From an uncultured Candidatus Bathyarchaeia archaeon (lineage in GTDB: Archaea > Thermoproteota > Bathyarchaeia > RBG-16-48-13 > CAYWPD01), in NCBI GenBank assembly GCA_964460055.1, contig CAYWPD010000002.1, forward strand, positions 6,400 through 68,187: DNA of 61,788 nucleotides, read 5' to 3'. This document shows, piece by piece, positions 46,305 through 54,552 of the stretch (within the stretch, counting starts at the first letter, position 1; each line of letters starts with the position of its first letter). Under the pieces are notes generated by a model. It was given only the letters and a program-made list of their open reading frames with translations. It did no database searches and was not told the origin of the DNA. The position numbers and the translations under genes are program-made.

Positions 46305-47246
46305 CTAGACCTTTGCTGATTGCTCTGTCAGCTTCAGTACTTTGTCCACAACTTCCATGGGAGTTGAACCAAAGACGTAAGTTATCGACTCTATGCCGAG
46401 TCCGCCCTTATCGATCATCGTGTCGGGGACGCTTCCCAGCGCGGAAAAAAACTTCTTCGCTCTATTGAAGACAACCGAGATGTCGGCACTACTGACCTCA
46501 AGTTCCGCCATCGAGAACTTCAACTCCTCGATTGCCTTCTCGACTTGACGATCAAACTTGACATTAATGCAGGACCTTATGCTCGGACTCACTGATATCG
46601 CAGCCAAAAGGATTGCTGCAAGATGTGTGGAAGCCCCGAACTCAGGGTACATCAGAGCCTTAGGGCGACCATGGATTTTGGCGATCCTCCCGGGTATTGC
46701 TGCGACATCAGAGACGGTCTTTGCTTCGGGAAGAGCGTACGCCAAGTTTACCATGACTTGAGGCATCATTTCGACGAAGCCGCTCGATTCCTCTAGTTTG
46801 GAGGTTGCGTCACGAACTTCAGCTAAGATCTTTGTTCGCAGGTCAACCTCAGTTTTTGACTTGGTGAATATCTCGTAACATACTTCGCAGCCGTGCTCCG
46901 AGAGCTCAGGTACCTCCATCTTGTGCACTTGGCAGGTGACCCCACCACATCTCAAGGCGACACATAGATCGCATACCTCAGAGATCTGTCCTGGAATCGT
47001 CAGGCCGCTTTCATCAATTTTCGAGGCCATTCTCTTCGCCGACTCACGGACCTTGGGTGTCAAGAGCAGCTCTTGCTCTCCAGATCTCTTGAGCATACCC
47101 AAGTAGTTGCTGACTGCAGCTTGGGTTATTCCAAGCCTCTTCGCAATCTGTTCTTGAGTCCACCCGATTTCGACCAGCTGTTGTGCCACTAGTGCTCGAA
47201 GAGTGGGGAGGAGCTGTTTGTATACGATCTCACACGGAGGCCTCAT
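46305..47246 (-). CDS. HTH-domain protein fused to a ThiN-type (thiamine-phosphate synthase-like) domain
   Basis: N-terminal WTQEQIAKRLGITQAAVSNYL (HTH). A C-x2-C pairs region. C-terminal FVEMMPQVMVNLAYALPEA...AAIPGRI......PEFGAS.HLA resembles ThiN. Confidence 0.55.
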   Translation of the reverse strand: MRPPCEIVYKQLLPTLRALVAQQLVEIGWTQEQIAKRLGITQAAVSNYLGMLKRSGEQELLLTPKVRESAKRMASKIDESGLTIPGQISEVCDLCVALRCGGVTCQVHKMEVPELSEHGCEVCYEIFTKSKTEVDLRTKILAEVRDATSKLEESSGFVEMMPQVMVNLAYALPEAKTVSDVAAIPGRIAKIHGRPKALMYPEFGASTHLAAILLAAISVSPSIRSCINVKFDRQVEKAIEELKFSMAELEVSSADISVVFNRAKKFFSALGSVPDTMIDKGGLGIESITYVFGSTPMEVVDKVLKLTEQSAKV

Positions 47247-47431
47247 CTATATCCCAAAGCCGTACGGACGAGTGAACCAACATGTAAGGATCTTCAGATG
47301 GTTCAATTTAAAGAATGTCTCGAATCCAAAAAGCAGGAAATTGAGCGGTACCGAGAAAAGTATTGGGGCAAAACCCCCGTCATCAGGCTCTCTCAACTAG
47401 GAGGTTGGGATTTCCAGAAAATGGTAGGAGG

Positions 47432-48415
47432 CTAGATATCGATGCTCTTTCCTACCTGCCTCTCCTTTGCAAGCTGGTATACCATGGTGGCTGTTGAGAT
47501 ATCTTGGAGAGCAAGGCCCACCGACTTGAACAAGGTTATCTCGCTCTCCGATGTTCGTGCAAGCTTTCTTCCCGTGATGATCTCACCCAGCTCCGCATGG
47601 ATGGATTCCCAAGTTAAGACTCCTTCGGCCACCGGCATCATCAGATCCCCTGCCTCCTTTGATGCCGCCTCTCTCTGATCGACGACTATCTTGCATCTTC
47701 TGATCGTCTCCGTATCGAGCTCTCTGGCGTCTGGTGAGTGGGATCCTATGCCGTTCACGTGCATTCCGGGCTCCAGCCATCGTCCTTCGAATATAGGGGT
47801 TTTCGACGTGGTGGCCGTTGCAATTATGTGGGAGCCCTTGACCGTATCTTCCGCAGAGTTCGATCTGACAACCTCGATTCCGAGCTTCTCACCCATCTCC
47901 TTGCAGAACTGATTGGCTCTGTTCAAGTCTACGTCAAACACCTTGGCTTTGGTGAGTTGTCTGGCTTCGGCGATAGCCCAGAGTTGAGTTCGTGCTTGTA
48001 CTCCAGCTCCGAAGATTCCAGCCACGTTTGCATCTCGTCTAGCCAGATACTTCGTAGCTACGCCACTGACGGCTCCTGTTCGCATGGCGGTTACATATGC
48101 GCCATCCATAACTGCCAGCGGCCCCCCTGTCTCCGGGTCATTAAGCATAATTGTCGCTAGTATCGTTGGGAGCCCAAACTTCTCTGGATTCTTTGGGTAC
48201 ACCGTGACAACCTTTAAGCCAAGAGCCTTCATTCCTCCGATGAAAGCTGGCATGACTAGAAATGTTCCGCCGAAGTCCTTCGGCCGTATCGTGGTTCTCA
48301 GTGGCATCTCGAGAGTGCCTAGGGCATACTGTCTGAAAGCTTCTTCTACAGCTTGCATACTGGCCTTCATATCTAGAATTGACTCGACATCTTGTCTCGA
48401 TAGGATAAGAACCAT
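47432..48415 (-). CDS. Ornithine cyclodeaminase / mu-crystallin family enzyme (could be an archaeal alanine dehydrogenase)
   Basis: ILSRQDVESILDM..., GAYVTAMRTGAVSGVATKYLAR and GAGVQARTQL Rossmann. Confidence 0.75.
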   Translation of the reverse strand: MVLILSRQDVESILDMKASMQAVEEAFRQYALGTLEMPLRTTIRPKDFGGTFLVMPAFIGGMKALGLKVVTVYPKNPEKFGLPTILATIMLNDPETGGPLAVMDGAYVTAMRTGAVSGVATKYLARRDANVAGIFGAGVQARTQLWAIAEARQLTKAKVFDVDLNRANQFCKEMGEKLGIEVVRSNSAEDTVKGSHIIATATTSKTPIFEGRWLEPGMHVNGIGSHSPDARELDTETIRRCKIVVDQREAASKEAGDLMMPVAEGVLTWESIHAELGEIITGRKLARTSESEITLFKSVGLALQDISTATMVYQLAKERQVGKSIDI

Positions 48416-48504
48416 AGACTGCTCACTATCAGATAATCGATGGCGTAGCCCTTATAACATGTATCGCATCCCATAATCCGAGCCGGAAAGTCGGGTAGCA
48501 GACT

Positions 48505-49182
48505 ATGACGAGCAATGCACCACGTCTGCTCCAAGGCGTGCTATTTGACATCGACGGCGTGCTTATCGACTCCAAAGTTGCCATACGCACAGCGATTATT
48601 GACACTTTCTCAGCCTTTGGACATGATCCTCCCACAAATGAAAACGTTGATGCTCTCTATTGGGCCACGGATAGAATGATCTTTGAAGAACTGCTGCCGC
48701 AAGGAGTGCCTGACAGAGCGAATCTGATAGACAGAATGGTCGCGTTCGAACTCAACCTCTACGAGAACAAGCTCTCTAGAGAGCTTGTTGTGGTTGGAAC
48801 GAGCGTGCTGTCGACTCTGAAAGAATTGAAGCGGAGAGGTTTGCGCCTAGGCGTCGTGACGAACAATCTTCGCAGAACTGCATTGAAGATCCTTTCAGAT
48901 TTCTGTTTGCTTGATTCATTCGCAGCCGTAGTAGCAGCGAATGATGTAAGTGAGACCAAGCCGTCTCCGAAGCCTCTCATTGAGGCTTGCCATAGGCTTG
49001 GGGTTAAAACCCAGTACACTGCATACGTTGGAGACAGTTCCTCCGATATCGTGGCCGGGAGAATGGCAGGTGTAGTGACCATTCTGCTCACGAGGCGAAT
49101 GGAATCTTATGGGAAGATCTCTCCAGATCATAGAATCACTAACATGAGCGGTCTTCTTCGACTTCCAATCTGGGGTCAGTAG
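48505..49182 (+). CDS. HAD-superfamily hydrolase (phosphoglycolate phosphatase-like)
   Basis: GVLFDIDGVLIDS (motif I), VVTNN (II), KPSPKP (III) and YVGDSSSDIVAGRMAG (IV). Confidence 0.75.
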   Translation: MTSNAPRLLQGVLFDIDGVLIDSKVAIRTAIIDTFSAFGHDPPTNENVDALYWATDRMIFEELLPQGVPDRANLIDRMVAFELNLYENKLSRELVVVGTSVLSTLKELKRRGLRLGVVTNNLRRTALKILSDFCLLDSFAAVVAANDVSETKPSPKPLIEACHRLGVKTQYTAYVGDSSSDIVAGRMAGVVTILLTRRMESYGKISPDHRITNMSGLLRLPIWGQ

Positions 49183-49217
49183 TGATTCTTCTAGAAAAGA
49201 ATGGACTGGTGGAGGTC

Positions 49218-50522
49218 TTAGCCCAGTTCTTTGAAGACCGACTCAAGGTTCTCGAGCAGGCGATCGGCCTGATCTGTTGTCAGCATCAGAGGTGGCTGTA
49301 TCCTCAGTATGTTTCTGCGGATGCCTCCTGTTCCTATGATTATTCCCCTCTCAAGCATCTTGGATTTGATCCTCGAAGCCTCTTCTCTCGCCGGCGCCTT
49401 TGTCTCTCGATCTTTGACCAGTTCCACGCCTATCATCATTCCCTTTCCCCTCACCTCTCCCATTACATCGTACCGCTTCTCCATCTCCATCAACCCCTCA
49501 AGGATGTATCTCCCAGTGTTTGCAGCTTTCTCAGGCAATTTCTCCTCGATTATGACCTCGATTCCCGCGAGAGCTGCCGCACAGCAGATCGGGTTTGAGG
49601 AGAACGTAGTAGTGTGATCTCCAGCCTCCCAAGCCGTGTTCACTTCATCGCTACACATAACCGCCGATATCGGCATACCACTTCCAAGAGCCTTGGCGAG
49701 TGTCATAACGTCCGGGGAGAGGCCGTAGTGTTCACTCGCAAATAGCCTTCCGGTTCTTCCGAAGCCGGTCTGGACTTCATCCGCTACGAACAGCACTCCG
49801 TTTTCTCTGCAGATCTTCTGGGCCAATGGAAGGTATTCGTCCGGCGGAACTATGATTCCACCTTCCCCTTCGATCGGCTCGACGATGAAAGCGGCCACGT
49901 TCTCGGGCGAAAGGTGGTGAACTATTAGATCCTCTAGTTTCTGTGCGCAGGCTATGTTACATTGTGGATGCTTGGCGGGGCACCTGTAACAGTATGGGGC
50001 AGGTGCATAGACAACGCCGGGGTAGTCGGCGAATCCTCCCATCCCGTGTTTGTAGGTAGCTTCGCCTGTCAATGTCAAGGCCACTCCGCCGCGTCCATGG
50101 AAGCCATGGTCGAGCGTGACCACGTGTGAGCCGACTTTTCCATGCTTGTACGAGTACTTCTTTGATAGCTTGACTGCCCCTTCGACAGCCTCGTTGCCGC
50201 TGTTGCAAAAATACGACTTTTTCAATGGTTTTGGAGCTATCTGAGCGAGCTTCTCTGCCAACATGATCATGGGCACGTTATTCCAGAGGACGTGTGCCAG
50301 CTTCGATGCTTGATCGCATATCGCTCTCACGACTCTTGGATGGCAGTGACCGACATTCGTGACGGAAATTCCTGAGAAGCAGTCAAGGTACTCCTTGCCA
50401 GTCACGTCTTTGAGTGAGGCTCCTTTTCCTTTGAGTGGGATTATCGGGTAGAGAACGGGGTAGCACCCTTGGATATACTCTTTTGCCTTGGCTTCGAGTT
50501 CTCTATGACTTGCGTCGCTCAT
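49218..50522 (-). CDS. Class III pyridoxal-phosphate aminotransferase (acetylornithine/ornithine/GABA type)
   Basis: GFHGRG, DEVQTGFGRTG and TLAKALGSG (PLP Lys). ATG at 50522 (MSDASHRELEAKAKEY) preferred over the ORF track start at 50648. Confidence 0.82.
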   Translation of the reverse strand: MSDASHRELEAKAKEYIQGCYPVLYPIIPLKGKGASLKDVTGKEYLDCFSGISVTNVGHCHPRVVRAICDQASKLAHVLWNNVPMIMLAEKLAQIAPKPLKKSYFCNSGNEAVEGAVKLSKKYSYKHGKVGSHVVTLDHGFHGRGGVALTLTGEATYKHGMGGFADYPGVVYAPAPYCYRCPAKHPQCNIACAQKLEDLIVHHLSPENVAAFIVEPIEGEGGIIVPPDEYLPLAQKICRENGVLFVADEVQTGFGRTGRLFASEHYGLSPDVMTLAKALGSGMPISAVMCSDEVNTAWEAGDHTTTFSSNPICCAAALAGIEVIIEEKLPEKAANTGRYILEGLMEMEKRYDVMGEVRGKGMMIGVELVKDRETKAPAREEASRIKSKMLERGIIIGTGGIRRNILRIQPPLMLTTDQADRLLENLESVFKELG

Positions 50523-50693
50523 ACAAGTGCACCTTTGACGGGTGAATTTAGGAGACGCGCTCCTATTTAACGGCGCCAGACATTCTGTTTCTGACGGTGA
50601 CTTGTCATCAGGTTCTGTATTAGGTTCAAATGAAAGCAATAAAATCATTTATATGCCATAGAAAAACATACAATGCGATAGCAGTGAAGGAAA

Positions 50694-51239
50694 ATGGCTG
50701 CCCGAGCTGAACCGCCTGAGAAACAGGTCACCTCGGTACAGCTCGACAAAGAGGACCTTACGTATATTAACGAATCAATCGCCGAAGGGCGCTCAAGGTC
50801 GATGAAGGATTTTGTCGAGCTCTGTGTGAAGTTTGGGCGAAGATATACGATGGACCAATGGATGCGAGGAGCCTTCAATGCCGGCCCGGTTCGGGTAGTA
50901 GTTATCCCGAAGAGGATGATCGACAGCCTACTCCAAAGGATTAAGGAGGAGGACTACGAGGACATCGGAAGAGAGCTTGCAGAGGTCGTTCAGTCGATAG
51001 CCATGTTCCAGTTCAACACAGATACGACTAATCCTGAGATGTGGGTTGTTGCTTTGAAGCTCATGAGCGAGACTGGCCTGGGTTCATTCGTCCTGTCTGA
51101 AAACCACATACAAGTGGTTAGACCCATTCTTCCGCTAGAGATCAATCAGAAGTTCATTGAGGGAACTCTGAACGTTAAGACCACACCGAAGAGGGTGGTC
51201 GCCTTGGATGTGCAGCTCTTCGAGATTGAGAAGCGCTAG
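50694..51239 (+). CDS. Hypothetical protein: ribbon-helix-helix-like N-terminus plus a V4R-like C-terminal region
   Basis: VTSVQLDKEDLTYINESIAEGRSRSMKDFVELCV looks RHH-like. VVVIPKRMIDSLLQRI..EDYEDIGRELA....W.VALKLMSETGLGSFVLSENHIQVVRP follows the V4R-type pattern. Judged by eye only. Confidence 0.3.
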   Translation: MAARAEPPEKQVTSVQLDKEDLTYINESIAEGRSRSMKDFVELCVKFGRRYTMDQWMRGAFNAGPVRVVVIPKRMIDSLLQRIKEEDYEDIGRELAEVVQSIAMFQFNTDTTNPEMWVVALKLMSETGLGSFVLSENHIQVVRPILPLEINQKFIEGTLNVKTTPKRVVALDVQLFEIEKR

Positions 51240-51241
51240 TT

Positions 51242-52105
51242 TCAGCCGATCAACATATAACCGAGCCCTAGAACCATGCCGGCGGCGAAGACCAATACCT
51301 CGCTTGAGCTGTGTCTGAACCTTATCTGCTCTCTTGAAGGGCTTCTCAGGAGGGTTGAAGTCAGCAAGAACACGATTCCTTGCAGAGGAAGGCTAACCAG
51401 CCAGTAAAGGCGCCTTGTTGTCAATAGGTCGAGAAAGCCGATCAGCAGTGAGAAGAAGCATAGCCCAGCTAGCACAGCTCCAGCCGCCTTCTCTCCCACA
51501 ACGATTGGGAGAGTCCTCGTTCCTCTGGATCTATCGCCTTCAAGATCCACAAAGTCTTCCATATCTCCCCACGCCAAAAAGAACACCGCGGCAAGCATAG
51601 TGAGAGGAGCCTCTCCCATCGGGCGTGAGATCGCCCATCCTGTAAGTATTGGAAAGAGAGTGAACAGGGACGCAACAATCCCGTTGGATAACAGCGGAAC
51701 CTCTGACAGCCTCGGAGGAATAGAGTAGAGGACCGCTAATGCCAAACATGCCAGAGACAGAGTCAATGGAATGAGATTTGTAGCGAAGCTCCAGTAGACT
51801 ACCATCACCCCGACGCAAGATAGGAAAAGCAAGAAAACCAACCTCCTCGCCTGAGCGTAGCCGACCCTTCCGGATGGCAATGGTCGGTTTGGCCTGCTGA
51901 CTCTGTCTATTTCGATGTCCACAAGGCTGTCAAGGCTGAAAAATGTTGCAGAGATCAAAGAAAAGGTCACTCCTGCGAATAGCATTTGAATGAGGTCTCT
52001 GGAGCCACTGATCAGGACGCCGAGGACTGCAGCTGAGGCGCAGACCAGTGTCGATCTTGGAAAGGTCAGCTCTAGGAGATTAGACGCCTTTTTCAGCCGC
52101 AGCAC
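51242..52105 (-). CDS. UbiA-family aromatic/lipid prenyltransferase
   Basis: 8-9 TM helices. First Asp-rich motif FFSLDSLVDIEIDRVSRPNRPLPSGR and second WGDMEDFVDLEGDR. Confidence 0.8.
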   Translation of the reverse strand: MLRLKKASNLLELTFPRSTLVCASAAVLGVLISGSRDLIQMLFAGVTFSLISATFFSLDSLVDIEIDRVSRPNRPLPSGRVGYAQARRLVFLLFLSCVGVMVVYWSFATNLIPLTLSLACLALAVLYSIPPRLSEVPLLSNGIVASLFTLFPILTGWAISRPMGEAPLTMLAAVFFLAWGDMEDFVDLEGDRSRGTRTLPIVVGEKAAGAVLAGLCFFSLLIGFLDLLTTRRLYWLVSLPLQGIVFLLTSTLLRSPSREQIRFRHSSSEVLVFAAGMVLGLGYMLIG

Positions 52106-52245
52106 CTTCTTTCGCCGATTTTTGAAGTTCTTTCGCGTCTAGATACGGTTCTTCATCAACAACAAGGAGATAAGACTTAAGCACGGCGCTAATAAAAGGT
52201 AACTTGGTCCATCCAATCGTCGCCCTAGTATCAGGAGTTCGGTTC

Positions 52246-53694
52246 ATGAGAGCCTTCGAGACAAGGCACGAGATCTTTGACAAGATCTCGAACATTAGGT
52301 TAGGCTCCCTAGTAACCGTGCTCGATGAAACGTTCTATGAGTCGCTGATGTTCCTGAACCCTTTGCTATCCAGAATCAAGGACAAGCCAGTTACTGTATT
52401 CTCCTCTCATCCAATCGAGACCCATTTCCAGCTTGACAGGTTGGATGTCTCAAAATCTCTTAACGACATCAACCTGAAGGTTGCAGACTATCGTGACAAA
52501 TCTGGAGCGTCGGTGATCGTTCATCACTATCTTCCTAGGCTTCTGCTCAAGGTTAACGAAGACGCGATATTGAGGATGCTTGAATACTGGTCGAGCAAGA
52601 TCGTAGACAAGGATTTCGTCGAATTCTGCACGTTGCCGAGAGGAGCTTATCCATCGTTCGAGAAGAAACTACAGGCGATCACCGACAGCGTGATCGATAT
52701 TCGGATCTCGAGGCAAGAAGAAGTCTACCAACCTTCGTTTTCTTTCCTGAGAGGATCGAAGCCGGAATATCATCTCATCAGTTTTCCATACGTGGTCAAG
52801 GAAGATCAGTTACTCATACGATGGGGTGATGAGTTCACAGATCAGGCGCCGAAGGAGGACGCTGAGGAGGTTCGCAGGGCACAGACATACCTTATGGACA
52901 ACTTAGGAGCGATCCGAATCACGAGAGGACTTCAGTCAATAGAAGAACTGGATCTACCTTCTGAAGAGCGACTTCTCTACTCTCACCTCATCGATAGAAG
53001 ACTGGACGAGATTCAGATAATATTCCCTGACAAGTTCGATGAGATCCTCGAGACTCTCACCCGATGGAGGATTCGCAGACTCATTTCGACAGCGCTTGAG
53101 GAGAAGCGTGAGCTTCCGCCATTGAAGCCTCTCAGCAGACGTTCACAACTCGCGTTGAAGCTGCCTATGCCCTTAGCCTTCTTTCTTCTGAGGCTTCAGG
53201 GAACTTACGGACAGAAGCGAGTAAGAACTGTGCCCTTCGACAGCTATCTCGCCATCAAGAATAGCGCTGAAGCTCTGGTGCGCCTATTCATGCCAAGGAA
53301 CAGCGAGGTCGCGAAGCAATTTCCAGAGATAGAGACTTTCTTCCAAGAGATAATGGGGCGCATGACTGCGCTCGAACATGTGTCAGCTCTGGGCGAAGAT
53401 CCAAGAGTCAAACCCGATCTTAGGTATGTTCCGCAGTTTGTCTCTCTGACCCTTTTTGCGGGATACGGACTGAAAGCCAGAGTCAAAAGACTGAGGCCCG
53501 ATCAGTTCGAGATTACTATCCCGGAGTGCTTCATATGCCGCGGAGTAAAATCAGATCATCCATATTGCACTCTCATTTCAGGGCCGCTCCAAGGCGTGAT
53601 CTCAGTCGCATTCAAGGAGAACTTTGCATGCGAGGAGATACGGTGTCATGCAATGGGCAATGGGGACTGTACCTTCACTCTAAGGGCGAGATAA
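52246..53694 (+). CDS. Hypothetical protein: P-loop-less RecA/KaiC-like (DUF835-like) N-terminal region plus a C-terminal V4R domain
   Basis: C-terminal FEITIPECFICRGVKSDHPYCTLISGPLQGVISVAFKENFACEEIRCHAMGNGDCTFTL is a typical Cys-containing V4R signature. ATG at 52246 lies 8 nt after AGGAG, and a TAATAAAAG TATA-like box lies about 50 nt upstream. Confidence 0.5.
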   Translation: MRAFETRHEIFDKISNIRLGSLVTVLDETFYESLMFLNPLLSRIKDKPVTVFSSHPIETHFQLDRLDVSKSLNDINLKVADYRDKSGASVIVHHYLPRLLLKVNEDAILRMLEYWSSKIVDKDFVEFCTLPRGAYPSFEKKLQAITDSVIDIRISRQEEVYQPSFSFLRGSKPEYHLISFPYVVKEDQLLIRWGDEFTDQAPKEDAEEVRRAQTYLMDNLGAIRITRGLQSIEELDLPSEERLLYSHLIDRRLDEIQIIFPDKFDEILETLTRWRIRRLISTALEEKRELPPLKPLSRRSQLALKLPMPLAFFLLRLQGTYGQKRVRTVPFDSYLAIKNSAEALVRLFMPRNSEVAKQFPEIETFFQEIMGRMTALEHVSALGEDPRVKPDLRYVPQFVSLTLFAGYGLKARVKRLRPDQFEITIPECFICRGVKSDHPYCTLISGPLQGVISVAFKENFACEEIRCHAMGNGDCTFTLRAR

Positions 53695-53742
53695 CCTATT
53701 CCAGCCATGACTTTCCCCTTCTGAGGACAGTTGAGCTCGCTT

Positions 53743-54450
53743 CTAAACGGGACCAAAGATGTATGCAATCGTTAGAAGCATGTTCATGACCGTCATCAAG
53801 GCTGCGGAGAACAAGAGTGCCCGTGCGGAGCCGACCTTTGACCTTATTCTCTCATGGAAGTCGACCGCGATTACAAAGAACATGACGGCTGAGAATGGCC
53901 ATCCACAGACGGCCAATGGAGCCCATCTCGAACCGATATTAAGTACGAAGCTAGTCCTCACAAGATATGTAAGAAAGCCTAATCCTATTAGCACAAGCTC
54001 GGCAGAAAGCCCGATGATACCTACGAGGAAGTATTCGAGGTATCTGTTGAATCTTCTCGGTAGGAGTAGGAACAGAGACGGCCAGAGTGTGGCCCAGATC
54101 AGAGGAGCAAGGGCAGGTATTTGATAGGTCCATCTTCCTAAGGGCATTCCTATAGAGTCGCTGGAGAGTCCGAAAACAACACCGAGGACTGCAACTCTCA
54201 CAAGAACGGGCTTGCTAGCTCTTCGCAGATCTTCGGTGTTTGATCTTTTTTGCCTCTTACCGAGGGATTCTTTTTGCAGCAGATTCGAGTCACCTGCACA
54301 CGGGGCGCGCGGACAGTTCTTTGCCCCTTTTCCGCAGCACGGTTCTGTGGTTGATGTTTCTCTGAATAGGGCTTGTTTCAGACTTATAGAAACTTGTGAG
54401 ATCCGGCAAGACAGTCTCGAAAGATCGTGGGCGGGCCTGATCTCTTCCAC
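53743..54450 (-). CDS. Small integral membrane protein (about 4 TM) with an uncertain N-terminus
   Basis: The hydrophobic core starts near VLVRVAVLGVVFGL...DSIGMPLGRWTYQ... The first ~75 aa of the maximal ORF are low-complexity. An internal GTG (54201) or CTG (54228) start is possible. Confidence 0.4.
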   Translation of the reverse strand: MEEIRPAHDLSRLSCRISQVSISLKQALFRETSTTEPCCGKGAKNCPRAPCAGDSNLLQKESLGKRQKRSNTEDLRRASKPVLVRVAVLGVVFGLSSDSIGMPLGRWTYQIPALAPLIWATLWPSLFLLLPRRFNRYLEYFLVGIIGLSAELVLIGLGFLTYLVRTSFVLNIGSRWAPLAVCGWPFSAVMFFVIAVDFHERIRSKVGSARALLFSAALMTVMNMLLTIAYIFGPV

Positions 54451-54552
54451 GGGGGCTGATGTTGTATATGCTTCAGAGCCACATAGGGCAGTGTCCAGAA
54501 GTTGTGAAGAACTAACTCAAGGGCCTTCGATGCCTGATCCTTTCCCGCCCAG

